Shown piece after piece: positions 34,199 through 36,628 of a DNA stretch of 36,628 nt. Origin of the DNA: Deltaproteobacteria bacterium. GTDB taxonomy: Bacteria > Desulfobacterota > Binatia > UBA9968. Positions within the stretch are counted from its first letter, which is position 1, and each line of letters begins with the position of its first letter. The stretch is from positions 1 through 36,628 of the forward strand of contig JACPDC010000084.1 in assembly GCA_016184235.1 (NCBI GenBank), in the 5' to 3' direction. Made by a program: the position numbers and the translations under genes. The notes beneath the pieces are model-generated. The model was not told the DNA's origin. It did not search any database and saw nothing but the letters and a program-made list of their open reading frames with translations.

Positions 34199-36036
34199 GC
34201 GAACGCGAAGACAACAAGCAGTTCGAATCTCTCCTATCCTATCTCCAGCAAAACCGCGGTTTTGATTTTACCGGCTATAAGCGCCCCAGTCTGATGCGGC
34301 GGATAAGCAAGCGGATGCAGATGGTGAGCATTGAAAGCTTCGGGGACTACATGGATTACCTGGAGGTCCACCCGGAGGAATTTCCCCAACTATTTAACAC
34401 CATCCTGATCAATGTGACCTCCTTTTTCCGCGACCCGCCGGCCTGGGATTACCTTGCCGGCGAAATCATCCCCCGCATCCTTAAAGACAAAAAAAAGGAT
34501 GAACCGATCCGAGTCTGGACTGCGGGCTGCGCCTCCGGTGAAGAGGCCTACACCATCGCCATGGCGCTGGCGGAGGCAATGGGGGTTCAAGCGTTCCGCC
34601 AAAGGACCAAAGTTTACGCTACTGACGTAGACGAAGAAGCCCTCAATCTGGCCCGCCAGGCGAGTTACGGTGACAAAGAGCTGCAAGAGGTCGATGCCAA
34701 ACTGAAGGACAAATACTTTGAACCTCTCAATAGCCGCCATAGCTTCCGCGCCGACTTTAGACGCTGCGTCATCTTCGGCCGCCATGACCTGGTCCAGGAC
34801 GCCCCCATCTCCCACCTGGATTTGCTGATCAGCCGCAATACCCTTATGTATTTCAACGCCGAGACCCAGGCGCGCATCCTCGCCCGTTTTCATTTTGCCT
34901 TGAAAGAAAACGGATATCTCTTCTTGGGGAGGGCCGAGTTACTGTCCACTCATGGCAACTTCTTTACACCGATGGATCTCAAAAGCCGCATCTTTACCAG
35001 GGTGCCCCAGGTCAACATGCGCGATCGCGTATTGGCGGTCGCGCATCCCGGCAACAATGTGCTCGACACGCCACGGCAAAATCGTTTAGTGGAATTGGCT
35101 CTCGATTGGTCACCCGTGGCAAAAATCGTAGTCGACTTAAACGGAAATCTCGCTCTCGCCGACCAGAAGGCGCGGCTCCTCTTTACTTTGAACCCCAAGG
35201 ATATCGGCCGGCCCTTGCAGGACCTGGAGATCTCGTACCGGCCGGTAGAGTTGCGCTCTCTCATCGAGCAAGCCTATGCCGAACGCCGCACGGTGACGCT
35301 GACCAGCGCCGAACGGCGCTTCCCCAACGGGGAAGTTCAGTATCTGGATGTCATCGTGGCCCCGCTTTATGACGAAGGGCGCAATCCCTTTGGTGTGAGC
35401 GTCTCCTTCACAGACGTGACTTCTTTCCAAAATGTGCAGGAGGAGCTGCGGCACAGCAACGAGGAGCTCCAAACCACCGGTGAGGAGCTGCAGTCCTCCA
35501 ACGAGGAGCTGGAGACGACCAATGAGGAGCTGCAGTCGAGCAACGAGGAGCTGGAGACGACCAATGAGGAGCTCCAATCCACCAATGAAGAGCTGGAGAC
35601 CATGAACGAGGAGCTGCAGTCCACCAACGAGGAGCTGCAGACCCTTAACGACGAGCTGCAACAGCGCACCGACGAAGCCGGCACTGCGAATGCTTTTTTG
35701 CAATCCATTCTTGCCAGCCTGCGCTCCGGGGCGGCGGTCGTGGATGCAAGCTTCAACATCCTTTTCTGGAACCACAAGGCCGAGGACCTTTGGGGTCTCA
35801 GGGCCGACGAGGTAAAGGGGCAGTCGTTGTTGAGCCTGGACATCGGCCTGCCGATCGAGCAAATGAGAGAGGCCATCCGCTCATGCCTGGCCGGCGAGGA
35901 ACACCAGCACGTGGTGCTGGACGCCACCAACCGGCGGGGCAAGGCGATCAAATGCCGCATCACCTGCACTCCGCTCATGACCTCGAACAGGGAGCGCCAG
36001 GGGGCCATATTGTTGATGGACGAGATGGAGAGATGA
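34195..36036 (+). CDS. CheR-type methyltransferase fused to PAS, a heptad coiled coil and a second PAS
   Basis: FTGYKRPSLMRRI, FFRD, the SAM motif IRVWTAGCASGEEAYT, and RNTLMYF. A PAS follows, then ten NEELQ(S/T)(S/T) heptads, then another PAS. The TTG start overlaps the cheB stop (TTGA). Confidence 0.8.
   Translation: MSEREDNKQFESLLSYLQQNRGFDFTGYKRPSLMRRISKRMQMVSIESFGDYMDYLEVHPEEFPQLFNTILINVTSFFRDPPAWDYLAGEIIPRILKDKKKDEPIRVWTAGCASGEEAYTIAMALAEAMGVQAFRQRTKVYATDVDEEALNLARQASYGDKELQEVDAKLKDKYFEPLNSRHSFRADFRRCVIFGRHDLVQDAPISHLDLLISRNTLMYFNAETQARILARFHFALKENGYLFLGRAELLSTHGNFFTPMDLKSRIFTRVPQVNMRDRVLAVAHPGNNVLDTPRQNRLVELALDWSPVAKIVVDLNGNLALADQKARLLFTLNPKDIGRPLQDLEISYRPVELRSLIEQAYAERRTVTLTSAERRFPNGEVQYLDVIVAPLYDEGRNPFGVSVSFTDVTSFQNVQEELRHSNEELQTTGEELQSSNEELETTNEELQSSNEELETTNEELQSTNEELETMNEELQSTNEELQTLNDELQQRTDEAGTANAFLQSILASLRSGAAVVDASFNILFWNHKAEDLWGLRADEVKGQSLLSLDIGLPIEQMREAIRSCLAGEEHQHVVLDATNRRGKAIKCRITCTPLMTSNRERQGAILLMDEMER
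35458..35667 (+). repeat. ten tandem 21-nt coding repeats (heptads N-E-E-L-Q/E-S/T-S/T)
   Basis: aacgaggagctNNNNNNNNNN units start at 35458 with exact 21-nt spacing and are in frame with the CheR-PAS ORF. Confidence 0.9.
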
Positions 36037-36628
36037 AAGCGGAGATCTTCGACCCGAAAATCGGCGCGGCCCAGGCGCGCCTGGAGTCTTTGCGGCAACG
36101 CCTCGACGAGGCTGCCCCCTCGGAACGTGAGCTGCTGGCCGACTCCTTTGAAGAGCTTTCCATCGCCCTGACAGAGCTGGAAGTGGCTATGGAACAGTTG
36201 CGCCAGACCAACGATCAATTAGCCGCATCCCAGCAGGCGCTGGAAGCGGAGCGGCAGCACTACCAGGAGCTGTTCGAATTCACCCCGGACGGCTACCTGC
36301 GGACTTGAATGGAACCATCCGGGAAGCCAACCTCGCTGCGGCGGCGCTGCTCCACGCGCCCCAGGAGTTTCTGGTGGGCAAACCGCTCGTCCTCTTTGTT
36401 GCCGAAGAAGAACGTAAGGAGTTTCGCGGCTTGCTCCTCCGGCTGCGGCGAGGAGAGAAGATCGAGCGATGGGAGGCGTATCTCCAGCCCCGCCCTGGCG
36501 CGCTGTTCCCCGCGGGCCTGCGCGTCAATTTCATACGCGACGCCAAAGGCTCCCCGATCGGCTTGCGCTGGCTGGTGCTGGACATCACCGAGCACAAGCG
36601 CGGGAACGAAGCGTTGCGTGAGAGCAAC
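36033..36628 (+). pseudogene. coiled-coil plus PAS sensor (third copy of the module), interrupted by a 1-nt frameshift and running off the window
   Basis: The frame from the ATG at 36033 (ATGA overlap with the upstream stop) reads ...YQELFEFTPDGYLRT-stop at 36308. The frame starting at 36299 reads ADLNGTIREANLAAAALLHAPQEFLVGKPLVLFV...IGLRWLVLDITEHKR, open to 36628. Confidence 0.7.

Noticed and set aside
35458-35667. Very regular 21-nt periodic repeat that superficially resembles a short-unit array.
   Set aside because: There are no spacers. It is in frame with, and part of, the CheR-PAS ORF, encoding ten NEELQ(S/T)(S/T) heptads. This coiled-coil feature is already known from CheB/CheR-PAS fusion proteins. 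It is not a CRISPR array or satellite.
36291-36308. Programmed -1 ribosomal frameshift at the PAS-module break.
   Set aside because: There is no slippery X-XXY-YYZ heptamer and no obvious downstream stimulatory structure. A 1-nt indel, real or from assembly, is the simpler explanation.

Overview
GC-rich bacterial chromosomal window. I saw no rRNA, CRISPR array, transposase or integrase. Gene content, left to right:
- A ManC-type sugar nucleotidyltransferase and a broken RluA-family pseudouridine synthase.
- Small Zn-ribbon, membrane and ferredoxin-fusion genes.
- A four-gene module: coiled-coil protein, ExeA-like AAA ATPase with SPOR-like tail, coiled-coil protein, and a GAF-GspE/PilB-type ATPase that is internally deleted.
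- DUF72, glyoxalase I, an MFS transporter and an SDR.
- The most coherent operon of the window: a class-I benzoyl-CoA-reductase-like cluster in Azoarcus bzdNOPQM gene order. It has two HGD-D-type subunits, two BcrAD/BadFG ATPases and a 2x[4Fe-4S] ferredoxin, followed by an 841-aa fused Fe-S/GltD-like flavoprotein.
- A tRNA 3' fragment.
- A minus-strand block with a TPR protein and two tandem paralogues of unknown function.
- USP and USP-receiver genes, DUF2934, a second nucleotidyltransferase and GalT.
- A signalling island: receiver, 7TM-PAS-GAF sensor without output domain, two tandemly duplicated coiled-coil-PAS mini-proteins, CheB, CheR-PAS with a 10 x 21-nt heptad repeat, and the start of another PAS sensor.

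Recurrent theme: at least five otherwise well-conserved genes carry internal deletions or frameshifts exactly in their conserved cores. This is either real gene decay or assembly error, and I cannot tell which from sequence alone.

Nothing here is clearly a new defence or mobile system. The best candidates for novelty are:
- the BCR-like cluster with its dedicated electron-donor fusion;
- the orphan ExeA/GAF-GspE module;
- the tandem unknown paralogues;
- several structured intergenic repeats.

All family assignments come from motif recognition by eye. No searches were run.
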